A stretch of 64,000 nucleotides of DNA. It comes from Magallana gigas. Taxonomy: Eukaryota. Shown piece after piece: positions 49,606 through 63,800 of this stretch. The translations under genes and the position numbers were made by a program. Position 1 is the first letter of the stretch. Each line of letters starts with the position of its first letter. The stretch spans positions 16,306,001 to 16,370,000 of the forward strand of contig NC_088854.1 of the NCBI RefSeq assembly GCF_963853765.1, written 5' to 3'. A model generated the notes under the pieces. It did not search any database. It saw only the letters and a program-made list of their open reading frames with translations, and was not told the origin of the DNA.

Positions 49606-51784
49606 TTATTTCTTCATAAAAGTAGCCATTACATCAATAGGCAGAGGGAAAATAATGGTCGAGTTCTTCTCTGCTGCGATGGAGTTAAGAGTCTGCAGGT
49701 AACGGAGTTGAATGGCGGCCGGAGACTCCATCATGACATCAGCGGCTTCTTTCAGCGCACGCGACGCCTTCTGTTCTCCTTCAGCAGCAACAATCTGAAA
49801 CAGACATAATACATGATTAACTTGCAACTACACTAGCATTGTTTTCAAATATTGAGTAAAGCCATGAAGTAGCCAGCTCTAAGTAACCTCCAATTAATGC
49901 ATATAATTGTTTCCTTTTGATAACAATTGTCAGGATATAAACAGTAGACGATTTACAATGTTTCCTGTACTGTAAGGAAAATGTATCTTGATATCACATT
50001 CAGCTAATAATAGTGTCTGTAATACCAACCTTAGCCCTGGCCTCTCTGGATGCTTCTGCCTCAGCTGCCATAGCTCTCTGTAACTGGATGGGGAGGCGGA
50101 CATCTTTACTGTAAACAAAGAGGGATTTTTTTTACTAGATATCAAAAATAAAATTTGACAAACATGGTTGTTTTAGCTGTACATGGAGAAAAAATGTTTC
50201 CTATTTATCAAACAATTCTATAAATAAAGTCTCCAGAACCTTTTCTTTATTACTACAGCTTTTTAATAGAATGTTATCTTTTCATAAACAAAAAAATGTT
50301 ATATCATGAAATTAAGTATTGTATCACCATTATAACACAGCTTATGTACCCCTACTTACATCTCAACTCTCTCTACTTTGACACCCCAGGGATCTGTAGC
50401 TTCATCAAGTTGTACCTAAAATAAATAATAAATTTCTCTGTTATTGGTTCAGTATACCTGTAATAACATCTTTGTGATACATCTGAAAAAAGTCGGGAAG
50501 TCTTTAGTGACAACTTTCTTTAAAAATACTCAGCAAGTATAAGTACTAATCTAATTACATGTACAGTAAAACATGGCTATAGCGAACATGCTTATAATAA
50601 ATTGACACTTCCTGCGAAGTGATTTTTACTCCCCATGACTTCATAACATGTTGTGAACTTGACGAATATAATGAATTACTCTTTTAACGAAGCAAAATGG
50701 CCCATCCCAGAAGTAAATTTGATGGATATGAATCACGCTTTTAACGAAGCAAATTGGCCCATCCCAGACACTTCGTTATAAGCGTGTTTTACTGTACAAT
50801 CGATATAAATAAAATGTTCAAGTTACAAGCCTTTCACTACAAACATAAACAACTTTATCAATTAAAAAAATCAATGAAATCTTTTTTGACATTACAGGAA
50901 ACACTCTTGTTCAAACATTGAACTCCATTTAACCCCTTTAAAACTTTTTTTCTGCTTTATTTAACAATACAGACCATTCACAATTATCTTCAGTTGAAAT
51001 ACAAATTCATACAAAATATACAGTTTGATACTCATTTTCAATGTCAATTACTAATCTGGTGTTAGAGCTTGATTACCAGCTTTCCTATTTGCAAGAAACC
51101 CTTAATAAAAGATAACCACACACTCAATATGGATGGTGAATATGACTCTCTAGATACTTAACAATCCAGAAGAATAAAAATCAATATCAGATATCAGAAT
51201 CCATACTATTTCTGAACATCCTGCAGAACTTTAAAAAGAGAACTACATGTGTTTAAAAAATACTATTCTTTATACTATAAAACCAATTAAACTCACAGCT
51301 TTAGTAAAGATCAGACACTTCCTTGAACTTAAATTGAAGAGTAAGTACTTAATGTAGCCACATTTCAGTCTCTTTACATCAATGATACATGTACAAGTAT
51401 TGATTTATTTAGCAGAAACACTTCCAGGAATCAATGGTAGACATTGTTGATATACAATGAATAATACCAAGTAATTATAGTTGGGTATCTTTGATAATCG
51501 ATTTCTATGCCTTTACATGGAAATTGGGTCAAGTCATCCCTGATATATATGTTAACTATGACCATTATGAACAACTGTACTCTGAAACAACCTGATTTCT
51601 ACACAATGTCCAATGATACAAAGCCCATAGGTAAATATGTAAAGTTAAAGATTGATTTAACATCATTAAACTGAATATCCAATAAATCTTAACATGAATA
51701 CTGAATCCTTCCACAATGCCCCATCGGAATTTTTTTAAACCAACAATTCATAATTAATTTACCACCAATTTATATCATTAGCTC

Positions 51785-51815
<31 letters not shown>

Positions 51816-54536
51816 CAATTACTGGTATTTAAAAAATTGGTTTTTCTGTTCTATTGAATTGGTTTTGATTGCATACCCACATTCAGTCTTTTTTTTCAAA
51901 GATTTCAATATTTTAGATACCAGACCTAACCACCACTTCTTTTGCTCGTAATCATATATATACACATGTATATACATTTTGTATATCTAACAGACAATAC
52001 TGTCAAAAGCTCCTGATAAATATATAGGCTCAGAAAGATAATTTTTATCATAATAAAAGTACTTAGAAATTTGTAATGTGATTTTTTTTAGTCCATAGAT
52101 TGGCTATAACTTAGGTGCCATGTATGTATTTCTCTGAAATCATTGCATTTTTTTTTTACACAGTATTATGTAAAGTTCTGCAGATTAATACCTTCATGTT
52201 TGAGGCAATAGATTCTCTATCAGTCAAAAGCTCTGCCATAAGCCTGGTTCCAAGGACATTTCTTAATGTGGTAGCAGCTAACAGACGGGTGGACTGGTAA
52301 GCATCAGAGACATTGACTGTTGCCATGGTAGCATCAAAGATTCTGATATAAATAACGGCATCCACAGCTACAGTGACAGAGTCTTTTGTAAGGATCTGAA
52401 TGGAATTGAAAAGTAGTACATGTTAATGTAGTGTATAGCACATTTCATTTATTTCTGTATTATTTCAAGCATTAATTATTGTTGGATCTACCAATTAAAA
52501 TTATCTAACAAAAATAGCTGACACTTACTTCTTGTGGGGGCACATCATATGTAAGGGTTCTCATATCAGTTTTCTTAAAGTCATCAATGCAAGGCAAGAT
52601 GAAAAATAATCCTACAAGTAAAATCATACACCATATAATGGTTTATACACCAACCTTTAGGGATTTTTAAAAATTGGGGAGGGGAAGGGGTGCGTGGTCA
52701 GGTGAGAGAGACAATTCCAATCCTTGTAAAAAGCTATATATATTCTTGCTTGCAAACACTTTTATACTTGATGTGACTTATCAAATAAAATTAACACAAA
52801 AAAATGACTGCAATAAAATTTACTTTTGAATCAGTCAAATATTAAAAATGAGAAAGTTCACTGATCCAGGTTTGTGAAGTGGACTTATTGTGAAACAGAA
52901 TACTGGTATTTACACTGCTATGTGAACCAGTGAGGCAGCAATACAAAACATTATATGTGCATCATATATCCCTTTAAAAAATCCACAAACTGATAGTTTA
53001 CTTTCCTGCCACACCGACTGAAGGCCAAGTAAAAGATTCCAGTAATGCTAGTTTGGATAAGGAGTCAACATACATAAATCCATTCTTAATAAGTAAGGTA
53101 AATACTTACCTGGGCCTTTGGCTCCTCCTGGTAAAACTCGCCCCAGTCTGAAAATGACTGCCCTCTCATACTCTTGCACCACCTGGATTTTATATCGACC
53201 AAAATATAATTACACTACACATTGTTTTAAGGTCAATGTTGATGAGTTACAGCTAGTCTAAGAGAATTTAATAAGTTTCAATATGACAGCTAGATTAATA
53301 TACAAAATCCTACTGCAATAATTTTAAAATCTCTATACATCAACTCTGTAAAAAAAACACCAACAAACAACTTTACCTTAATTGTTAAACAAAGGGAAAG
53401 TGGGAAAAACAATGCAACAAGAACGTAGGAAAATGCCATCAAAATGTATCCACAGCAACCAATATCCCCATCCTGCTCAGTATGTTGCTCTTGACCTGTC
53501 AACAACAATTTATTAATAAAATCGAAATTCATCTGACTTTTTTGCAAATATTTTGCCACATTATGAATCCCTCGCCTGGTCTTTTAATTGACACAGAATA
53601 TGAGGCACTCAAACACTTCATGTATACACTTAAAAAATTTTAAAGACAAAATTAAAGACAAAGGGTGTCACTAAGCTAAATCACTAAAATCAGGAATACT
53701 TGATGTTTCAGGCAGTTCCCTTTTTGGCATTTTTTATTTTAAAAATCATGCTCTAGACTATTAGAAAGAGAAATATATGGTCAAGCAATTCTTTGCATTA
53801 TATGCATTTTGGTTCATGGCTATTTGTTTCTGCTTAAATACAGGTTTTTAAATCCAAACATTTTTATTAACATATGGTATATTACTTCTTTATCTTCCTT
53901 TTTTTTAATCTTACTTTCTTTCAATTTACTTTACCTGAAATCATAGAACAACTGGGACAAATAATTGTACAGCTCTTCACTTCACCCCTATTTCAAAATA
54001 GAGACATTTTGGCTCTGGTGAGCTAAAATGAAGCATGATTGTATGCACATATGCACTAGAGCAACTATGATTACATACACAAATTAGCTATCATGCAAAG
54101 ATAAACATTTTCGCTTTATACATTGCAATAAAGGAAACTCTTTTGATCAAACTGACCAACGCTGGACCGCGGGGTTACTATTTAGGGCGTTTTCCCAATG
54201 AAACGATTTTATTCGCCTACTGTACAGTATCTTAATATCAGTGGATACACTTAATATTTAATAAATAAATCTTTCATTAAAACCTTTTAGACATTTATGA
54301 ATTACAAATTTGACTTTGTGTTTCATATATGAAACCAAATCACAATAAAAACCTCTTTAAATTAACAATGAAAGCTACTGCGATGTAGTGGATCGATGAC
54401 TGACAACATCAAAACATGGTCGTTACGGAGGATCGTACATTTCCCCACAAATCTTGTTGTATACATATTTTCAAATTTGTCTCCAAAATGTTGCAGTTCA
54501 CATGATATTCACAATAATCATCTTACCTCGCTGCAT
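49606..54536 (-). CDS. STOM: Stomatin / band 7 / MEC-2-like SPFH protein, paralogue B (8 exons, 270 aa)
   Basis: Exons 54536-54527 (MQR), 53495-53377 (DGDIGCCG), 53182-53110, 52611-52529 ([10 protein letters not shown]), 52395-52192, 50415-50360 ([13 protein letters not shown]), 50108-50030, 49794-49606 (...[15 protein letters not shown]). Total 813 nt, in frame, with the same intron positions as paralogue A. Confidence 0.93.
50564..50794. mobile_element. Tc1/mariner-type MITE in a stomatin B intron (between exons 5 and 6)
   Basis: TA|CAGTAAAACATGGCTATAGCGAA ... TTCGTTATAAGCGTGTTTTACTG|TA, with an internal duplication of cttttaacgaagcaaa.tggcccatcccaga. Confidence 0.75.
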
Positions 54537-54600
54537 CGTTCAAATTTGTTAGTTCAATCCGGTTGATCTCTAAGCCTATTTTAACATACCCAGTGTACAA

Positions 54601-54612
54601 TGTGACGTCACA
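54601..54612. promoter_or_regulatory. Full CRE palindrome (TGTGACGTCACA) upstream of stomatin B
   Basis: Perfect 12-bp palindrome containing TGACGTCA, 65 bp upstream of the putative ATG at 54536. Confidence 0.45.
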
Positions 54613-56199
54613 GTATACACTTGTCACGAGGTCCAGATTTCGCAATGTTCGATTTTGACATACTGAACAAACATCATAAATTGATTTCAATTGAATATTT
54701 GATACGTCATCATTGTATAAAAAAAACTTTAATTATTTACATTTTGCCTTAATATTCTCGAGACAATGCTATGTTTACTTGTTTTACCAATGTTTACACC
54801 TATATATACATCTATGCATGTTTATTCATGAGACTATTTATACTATAAATGTAGGGAAAATCAAAATGGAGTCATTTTTTTTTCATAGATATGTTGGTGG
54901 AAGAATCTACACATGCTTGACGCGCGCGAGGATGGTATGTGATGGACAAAGATAAGGTTATCCATATATATCTAGCACATCCACCTTCAACCATTTTTTA
55001 TCTTCCAGTGAACATGGGGAACAAAGTTGGCCAAGTCAGTTATTTCGATGGAATACAACCACATGTTTTTAATGCTGATAAAACCATAATGCAATATATG
55101 CCTGTTTACAAATGTGCGACACGACACAAATCGATGCAATAGTAAAAAGACATGCACTCCTTCATAGTAAAAATGTTTTGTACATGTAGACAATTTCTAT
55201 CAAACACCTAAGTTAACAACAATGTACATAATCTGTATTTCTTACCCTTTGCAGAGTTAACAAGTTCTAAGTCCTGTCTGTCCTCGGCCATTATAGTAGC
55301 TTATACTACTGCAAAGTATAAACACACTTGCGCTGCTATATCTGTGCGTGCCAATGAATTAAATTATAAATAGCAATTGTACCTTGCGACGGATGGACCT
55401 TTCCGGTGGAACCGCTGTGCATGGCTATTTTCCTTGTTTATTAGCGTGTAAAGCTGCAATATTACAAAACAGGAAGTTTTCTTAAATTTATATTATAGAA
55501 ATGTCTCACTTGACGTATACAGGTAAATAAAAAGTACACGGGGTATGACAATTACACGGATTACCAAATACACCGGTAATGACGAAATGATCGATACACG
55601 ATGAATGTAAACAAATGTAACCCAGGTGAGACCGAGGACTTTTAAACAGAGAGAGGGGGAGGGAGGGAGGATATTTTCATACACCTTTATTTGCATTGCT
55701 TCATTATGTCTTAATTGGTTAAAACCTTAAAAATTATATTCTATAGTCTGTCCCAAGATATTTATGCTGCACATTTGGACGATTTTATAAAAAAAAATAC
55801 ACATACCTGTAAAAGAAGTGCAATTGTAATAGTTGAAAGGGATAATTTCCAAGATAATTTCATTGACACATTTTCAACTGTCACTCAGAAAAATTCACAG
55901 GAACGAAAACAGAATCCTTACGGAGATTTATAATGGGGAATGTTTACATATTTTCTCCATTCGGAATACACTCGGAATACATCGCGCAATTTTTCAACGT
56001 TATCATCCGGGCTTGCTGCAATACAAAATCTCCGTAGACATCACATTTTTTAGCATTGTATTGAAACCTGATAAGCTAGCAGGGGCGTTTCGACTGAGAA
56101 ATCTTGGAAATTTTTTATACTTTTGAATGAACATCGTTTGAACCCTGAGGTATTTATAAATATCAAGCAATTAAGCAAAATGTGAATCCAAGATATCTT

Positions 56200-56332
56200 N
56201 NNNNNNNNNNNNNNNNNNNNNNNNNNNNNNNNNNNNNNNNNNNNNNNNNNNNNNNNNNNNNNNNNNNNNNNNNNNNNNNNNNNNNNNNNNNNNNNNNNNN
56301 NNNNNNNNNNNNNNNNNNNNNNNNNNNNNNNN
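56200..56332. other. Assembly gap (N run)
   Basis: Run of N. Confidence 0.99.
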
Positions 56333-56344
56333 GGATATATATAT

Positions 56345-56460
56345 TGAGGGTAACATTGATTAAATTAGCCCCCGAGGGACGAAATATTGCCCAATGCAAA
56401 GTGGAGGGCAATATCTTTGTCCCAAGGGTGCTAATATAACCAAAGTTGCCTGAAAACACA
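56345..56460. repeat. Degenerate palindromic element end next to the gap
   Basis: ttagcccccgagggac.aa.tattgccc / gggcaatatc.ttgtcccaagggtgctaa. Confidence 0.5.
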
Positions 56461-57419
56461 GTCAACTTTATTTTGTTTTGTTATATGAAGAAACAAACCA
56501 AAATTTAAGAAAAGAAAGTAATTGAAAACAGATCGCTGTAATTGTCTCAGCTCAACAAAGAATTAACGAATTCAATTTGTGCAAAGTTCATTTCCAAAAT
56601 ATCCTCAGCATCAAACAGTCACTGGTGATATTCCGCCGCCCTAAGAATTTAACATACAGATGTTTTACCTGATTTTACTTCACAGTAATTCGCAAATCCT
56701 TATATACTTTATGATAGCAAATGGTAGCATTGCACGTTCGTTGTTTACTTGCCTTGACTGACTGTCTATTATGACGTCATGACCTTGTTTTGGAGTCAAG
56801 AAGAGTTATTTTCATCACCGTTTACAAATCAACAAATCAGAAGCGATTAATTGAAATAGAGGGAATATTCTCTAGATATTATTCCTAGGCGGTCAATATT
56901 AAAAAAATATTGACTGGTCAACATTTTTCGGACGAGCTAATATTACAATTATTGACTATTCGTCTATATAGAGTTATATAGTGAGAATTTACTACTGAAT
57001 ATAACAAATATATATATATAATATATATATAGCCGGTACATATTACATGCATGTATATGTATATTATATGACATATACTTTTTTATTCATTTCAAAATTT
57101 AATGACTTAACCATTACTTAACCATGACTTAATCATTAACCAAAATTTTGTATGAAACTTCTTTTTGTTAAATGTATTTCCTTTTTTCTAATTAAAAAAT
57201 TTTCTTTATGAGTCCAACACTCAACAAATGCATGAGTTAACCCCATACTGGAAAAAGAATGCTTAAATACCGGTACATGAGAGGCAATTGCTTGACCATC
57301 TTAAAATAATCCTAGTTAACTCTGCAGTCTTAATTATATAATTGAAGTTTTACTCTATACCGTTCTTTCAATGCTACATGTACATGTAATTACCATTGTT
57401 TTCAATTATTATGGCTCAG

Positions 57420-58350
57420 TTTCTCCATCTGTCTGTCTGCTGAGATCACCTTTTCAAATCAAGTTTTCTCTCCCCTTTGTCTAATCCAACTCATAATTCG
57501 GATCTATGGTGCTTTTGGCTAAAGAGTATGAAGTGACTTGAACCCATTTAGTTTCCATATTGTAAGGTTATTAGGTCATGCAAATGTTTTTAAATCTGGT
57601 CCATATATTACATAATAGTATTACCTCCCTTGGTCCAAAATGCTTGTATATTTCACCCTCAGAGTGACTGGATAAAGAATTGCAGTGACCTTGAACAAAG
57701 TTTCTAGATCAAAGGTCAAGGTCAGACCTCTGTGAAATAATCTTTGTCCAAACTATATATATATATACACACACACCCCTTTCTTAGCAATATCTGACTC
57801 GATTTGTGATCATACTCAACATACTTAACATAAAAAATGGTAGGGGAAAGTGGTCTTGAACCAAATTAGATATAAAATGATCATAGCAGATCTCCCTATT
57901 GAAATCCAACTTTGGACCTTAAGTTTTCCTCTGTAGTCTAATCATGCTTAGATTTTACCAAAATGACTGTCTGTAGGCAAATGTATACAGTGACCTTGAA
58001 CCAAATTTCTAGGTTGAAGGTAAGGTCGTAACAGATCCCTGTAAAAAATCCTTTTCAAAACATTTTTTTCTCCCTGGTCCAAATTCACCCAGACTTTACC
58101 TTAAAGACTTTCTGAAGGAAAGGGGGTGTGCAGTGACCTTGAACCAAGTTTCTTCTTCAAATGTCAATGTCAGAGGTCGTAGGGGAGCTTTGTGTAAATT
58201 CTTGTCAAAATTCTGTCTCCTTGTGGTCCCATTTGTCTTATAAATACTGCCCAAAGAATGCTTGTTGGATAATTAAGATGTACAGATGTACAATGATCTT
58301 GATCTTTTTTATTAAGTCAAGAGGTTGTAAGGTCAGAGCTAATTTAACTA
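57420..58350 (-). repeat. Degenerate Helentron/HINE-type array (cagtgaccttgaaccaa core, ~150-170-bp units)
   Basis: Core at about 57685, 57989 and 58131. ccatctgtctgtctg microsatellite end at about 57424. Confidence 0.55.
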
Positions 58351-60871
58351 AATTGCTTTTTGTCAATGTTCTTTAATAAAGAGGGACTACCTTCTCAATG
58401 ATGTTTACCAGTAGTAGATATTATTTTCAATCTGATTAAAATACAGATCTCTACAAAAGCTGTGCTGTGTACTTATATGTAGAGATCTGTATTTTAAACA
58501 GATTGTATTATTTTGTATATATCATTCACATTGTCATGAGTCAGGAATATTACATATCAGATTGTACATATGCAGGTTTGATTCTTGGGATTCCCATTAC
58601 ACTGCAATGAATATTGTTACAATTAAGGATGCTTATAACAGTTATTTTATGTTTACCAATCCCTGAAACAAATACAGTAGATTAATTTTCAGTGCAAGGG
58701 GAAAGAACCTGGGTTTTTGATCTTCCAGGGTAATGATAATTTAAGGGGAGGGAAGAAATGTGATGGTAAGATGGTCAGATCTGTTCAAATGCCATTGTCA
58801 GATACCTATATAAGTAAGTAGAGCACCTAACTAGAGATTCAGGGGGCCCAGATGATGAATCAAAGTCTAGTCCATCACTATATATTTCTCAAATCCCATT
58901 ACACAAAATTGCTATTACAAGTCCTACCAAATATATATTATTTGTCAGAAACTCTGTGCTAAATGCATCAAAATGATATGTTAAAACTAAGAGAAAGAAT
59001 CTAGACCTTCAACATGGCAGGAAATGGGGAAATACATGTAACTCTGGCCAAACATGTGTCAATCAAAAACTGTATTATGATAAATATCTACAATTTGTCT
59101 TGTTCTACACGTACAGTACATGCATGTATATGTAGCATTTGTGTATATTTATTTCTGTTCATTACTTCACAATGAGTATTGTAAACTCACAAGTCCTTTA
59201 AGACATTGAAATGAAAACATACAGCATTTAAGCTGGTCTATCATTTTTAATGATCTTCAAAACAAAACCAATACATTATGAATGTTGCAATACTAAAAAG
59301 GGGAAGAATTTAAAACAAAAATGTCAAACTTCAAAATCAAATAAGACGTAGTTGCATGTAGAAAAACAGGATAGAATGGTCTTACATTAAACTGCAGATG
59401 AAATTTCTTTCCTTGTCTCAATGGCTCAGGGTTATATTACAGGAAATATTTTATATTCTTAATTTTATACATAGGTTAAAAGGAACAATGTGCAATTTGT
59501 AAATCCATTTACCAGTACCGGTATATATAATTTAACACATCCTGTAGAGACTTGTAGGGAATTTTTCTGTAGTCACTATAGTAATAGTGACAGCCTTGTC
59601 AAAAGAATTTGATTGTTGAGTGAACTTAATTAATTATGTGAAAATTTCATTATGAACGTTACCAAGTACTTGCATTTCCCCTCTTATTTGAACTTATTAA
59701 CCAGGAGTATTTCTGAGGTCGGTATACCAGTCTATCAATAGGTTAATTACATCAGTAAAAAAAATAGCATGAATTGACATCCCTATCAGGAATAACGAAG
59801 TGCAACCATGTTGATTATAAAAAAATACAAAACAAAATATGGCTCTATAAAGCAAAAATTTTGTTTGCACAGCTATAATGTACTATCATCATAAAAGCTA
59901 ACAAAATTTTATCCATATTTCTATATGATTGGTAAACTCAATTGTGATAATAACCTTTTTTAACATATAACTGTTGAAAATGGTGTTTGAATGGCATACA
60001 GCAGTATAAACATACATACTACATTGAATACTAATAAATTATGTGTACTTTGCATACAAAAATGCTATTAAAGTATATATATTGAACATGTATTAGGGCA
60101 ATATTAGGGCAATATGGCTCTGTTATTATGGTATATTTAATTATTTTATGAATGAATAATTTTACTAGTAAATATTAGCATGAATTGTACAAATAAAAAC
60201 AATTACAGTAATTTTAAAATACATTACACATGTATATTGCACCACAATAACACATGTATACTTTATGTCTGAAAGCAATTTCCCTTTGCAACTGAACTTT
60301 TGACATTTTTCTATCCTATTGTGCCTATATAACTATAACTTGTAGATACATATGTACCAACTTTCTTATATTGCAGTTGTAATGCAACATAAAAAACATA
60401 GAGAACCGCATACATACACATCCTGTGTGGATGTACAAGTCATTTTAATTACCAGACTATTCCAGAGAGTTGTCAATATTATGGAGGGAAGTCAGGCACA
60501 TACATCACTCCTTTGAGGGAAATTTCTTTTCCCAATTTACTCAGTTAATTTCTATCAAAGCTATCTGAAAATCAGCTGTTTGCCATCTAAGGTTGCAGAC
60601 TGCTTAATTTCACAGCATATTTAAAACAAAGATTATAGATGAAATCTTATAATTCTAAGAGATATTGTCTTATAGTCTTGATTATCAGCATCTTGATGAG
60701 TGAGATATTCTCAACATCACATGTCTTTTACATACAAAGATGCATTAAAAACCCACAAATATCAATGCATAATGTCCCAATAATTAACACTGCAGCATTT
60801 GATTTTGCAATACATGTGTAGTATTGTAAAAATTGTTACTTATAACATTATGATTGATGTCACAGCTTGGT

Positions 60872-63800
60872 CTAGCTCTCCTTGCGAGACATAAAAGACT
60901 GTAGCAAGTCTATGGGCAGGGGGAATATGATGGTCGAGTTTTTCTCTGCGGAGATTGTGTTGAGGGTCTGTAGGTATCGGAGCTGGAGAGCGGCGGGGGC
61001 CTCTGTGAGGACCTCAGCGGCTTCTTTCAGTGACCTAGACGCCTTCTGTTCTCCCTCTGCGGCAATAACCTGGGAGATTCAGAAAAGTTTTTTTATGATA
61101 ACAGCTGTTCTCTTACTCTGATATCTTACCGGTACATAAATGTCAGTATTTACACATTTCAATGACCCACAACTATATAATAATCAAACAATTATTGTAC
61201 TGAATGTAAACAGAAATAATAATATATTTTTAAGTGAGTTGAAGCTGTTTTTTCCATCAATCTGATTAAACTTGTTTTACCTTGGCCCTGGCCTCTCTGG
61301 CTGCCTCTGCCTCAGCAGCCATGGCTCTCTGTAACTGCACTGGAAGCCGGACATCTTTACTGTAATAACAAACAGAAGTCATGTAAACAGAGCAATAGCA
61401 GGTGCTCTGGTTTTTTCGAACTATCATAGCTTAATCATTCAACCATCCGAAGAGATGCACATTTAAGGTTAAATTTCTATATGACAAAATAAAGCTGATC
61501 GATGTCCCTCAAAAGACAAGCTATCACACACCTGAAAGGGATATTTCTCTTTTAAAGAAGTTTTCTTTATAATAAGAAATTGACATATCAATAGCAAATG
61601 CCATAGATATACATAATTATTGTTCATGCATGGCTATATATCTATCTTGTGTTCTTGCTACCTGGAATAAATCATTGTAATTCTTGTAACTATACAAATT
61701 GATATACAATTGTAAATGTTTGCATGTTAAATTAAGCATTCTCAGATCACATTTACATGTAGTAATATCAAATTGCACCTCTGAATTATTAAAACAGTTT
61801 CTAGGATACCTGGTAATAATTTCACTTTAAATATAAACATGCATGCATGCATGCATTTAAAAAGTAATTATGGTACTGAAATATTTGATAAATCTACCAG
61901 TAGGTGTTCTCTTTAGGGATATATTAACAGACACTTGAAAATTAATAAATCATATGTTGTTAAAATTAACTCTTGTTAAATTTAAAAAAAAATATATATT
62001 TTCTTTTTAATCCATTACTGTTCAAAGAATGAACACTCCTCCAATGCAACTGGATGATATTCTTACAGAGTTGTCTTTCTTGATTAAATGATTGGTAGTT
62101 GTATACATACTCACATTTCGACACGTTCACATTTTACCCCCCAGGGGTCTGTTCCCTCATCCAGTGAACTCTACAGATACAAAGGTTGAAAGTACCAACA
62201 CAAAGTCAAACCAAACATGGTCATGCAGAGTAAGGATAGAGAGAAATTCATCGTTTTTTGGGGGGTAAATTAATTCTTATAGAGTTCAATCAATTTGTGT
62301 GACAATTGCTGAATAGTTTTGGTTTTCTTGCAGAGTCCACTCAGTCTGAACCTTTCTGTAGTTGCAAAGTTTTGCTACTTTATAGCATGTTTGTAACTGC
62401 AGGATTACTTTTTAGTTCTTTTTTTTTTTGGTGTTGTACATTTTCTCTGTTTTGTTCAAGTTTGTTTTTGGCTGTGCTAGTATTTATGGCTATCATTTGA
62501 ATCTTGCATATACATGTATAAGTTTATGAAAAACCTATAATGTAACCATATTTAACTATATTTCCTTAAGCTATTGTCAAATACTATAAATTGATCTATG
62601 AATCAAAAATTCAAAGAACTTTTTCTACAGTAAGGCCACATTATGCTCACCCGACCTGGTCATCATTTCCTACCCTATATACCATATGTACCGGTTTATG
62701 TAATACATGTACATTGTATATGGAATCAATGTAGCCTTTGATTATATACATGTATTACAAGAGGCAATACAGATTTCAATTCTCTAAGACGTTGCAAACA
62801 TTTGAAGATATCTATACATATCATACTGGTACTTCCTTTCCACTTGAAGGGTCAGAAAAATGCAAATTTAACTTCTTCAGAGTTTTAGTGCACCACAGTA
62901 CACAATATATATGCTATATAAGTACAGAACCAACAGGTGATCAGAAAAGCTTTCAATTCAGAATCATGAGGTTTTCATGTTCACAGGGTACTTTTAGTTT
63001 ATTTTGAGTACAGTGATATCGCGGGTCTCTTGCCCTAAGTTGTATTTTGTTGTTGACTACATGTATTAATTGCCATAATTGTTGGAGTAGCCATTTTTTG
63101 CCCCTTAAAATTAAGTTATATTTCAGCATGTGATCCTTAATATATAATTAGTATAAAGCTTCTTGTATAGGGAATTTATAGCTACATGGATTTGGGGAAA
63201 ATATAAACGAATATGTACGAAGTCCAAATAACAGTTTTCTGAACTAAATAACAGTTTATTTAATTTTAAATAGTAGCTGATTCAGATTTATTCACCTATA
63301 AGCAAATCCTGTTTTTATCGGATTTTGAAGGGCCTAAAAAGATATATTATAGCAAATTTGTCTCTGCATGAACACCATTTATAATATTCCTCGGCCTCCC
63401 TACTCTATATCATTACGGTTCCAGGTCTAAATGCTATCTATGAACTTGATCCTATCTAAATAATTTTTTTAAATTGGTACTAGTTGAGTTTAATAATCCA
63501 TGATAAAATAATGAATAAAGATATAAGAAATCTGTTGATAATTAGACTCCAAGATGTGTAACTTTGATACAGGAAATTAATTAGATAAATTAGGAACAAT
63601 AAATAAAGTGGTAACTGTGCAAATGCTAATCCAAATAGTGCTTCCATAGCAACTTCACATGCTTGCATTGTTGTTTAATATAGATTTGATGCAAAACTAT
63701 GATCAAGCATTCAAGTACTCTATTGGATCTAGAAAGGAGAGTCTAAGTCACATTACAACAACCATCACAGCATGCTGTGTGTAAAGGTGGGGGAGAAAAC

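Noticed and set aside
60882-61121. Plus-strand ORFs antisense to stomatin last exons (also 28951-29154 and 49537-49809)
   Set aside because: Shadow frames of the conserved minus-strand coding exons. Their mutual similarity comes from stomatin paralogy.
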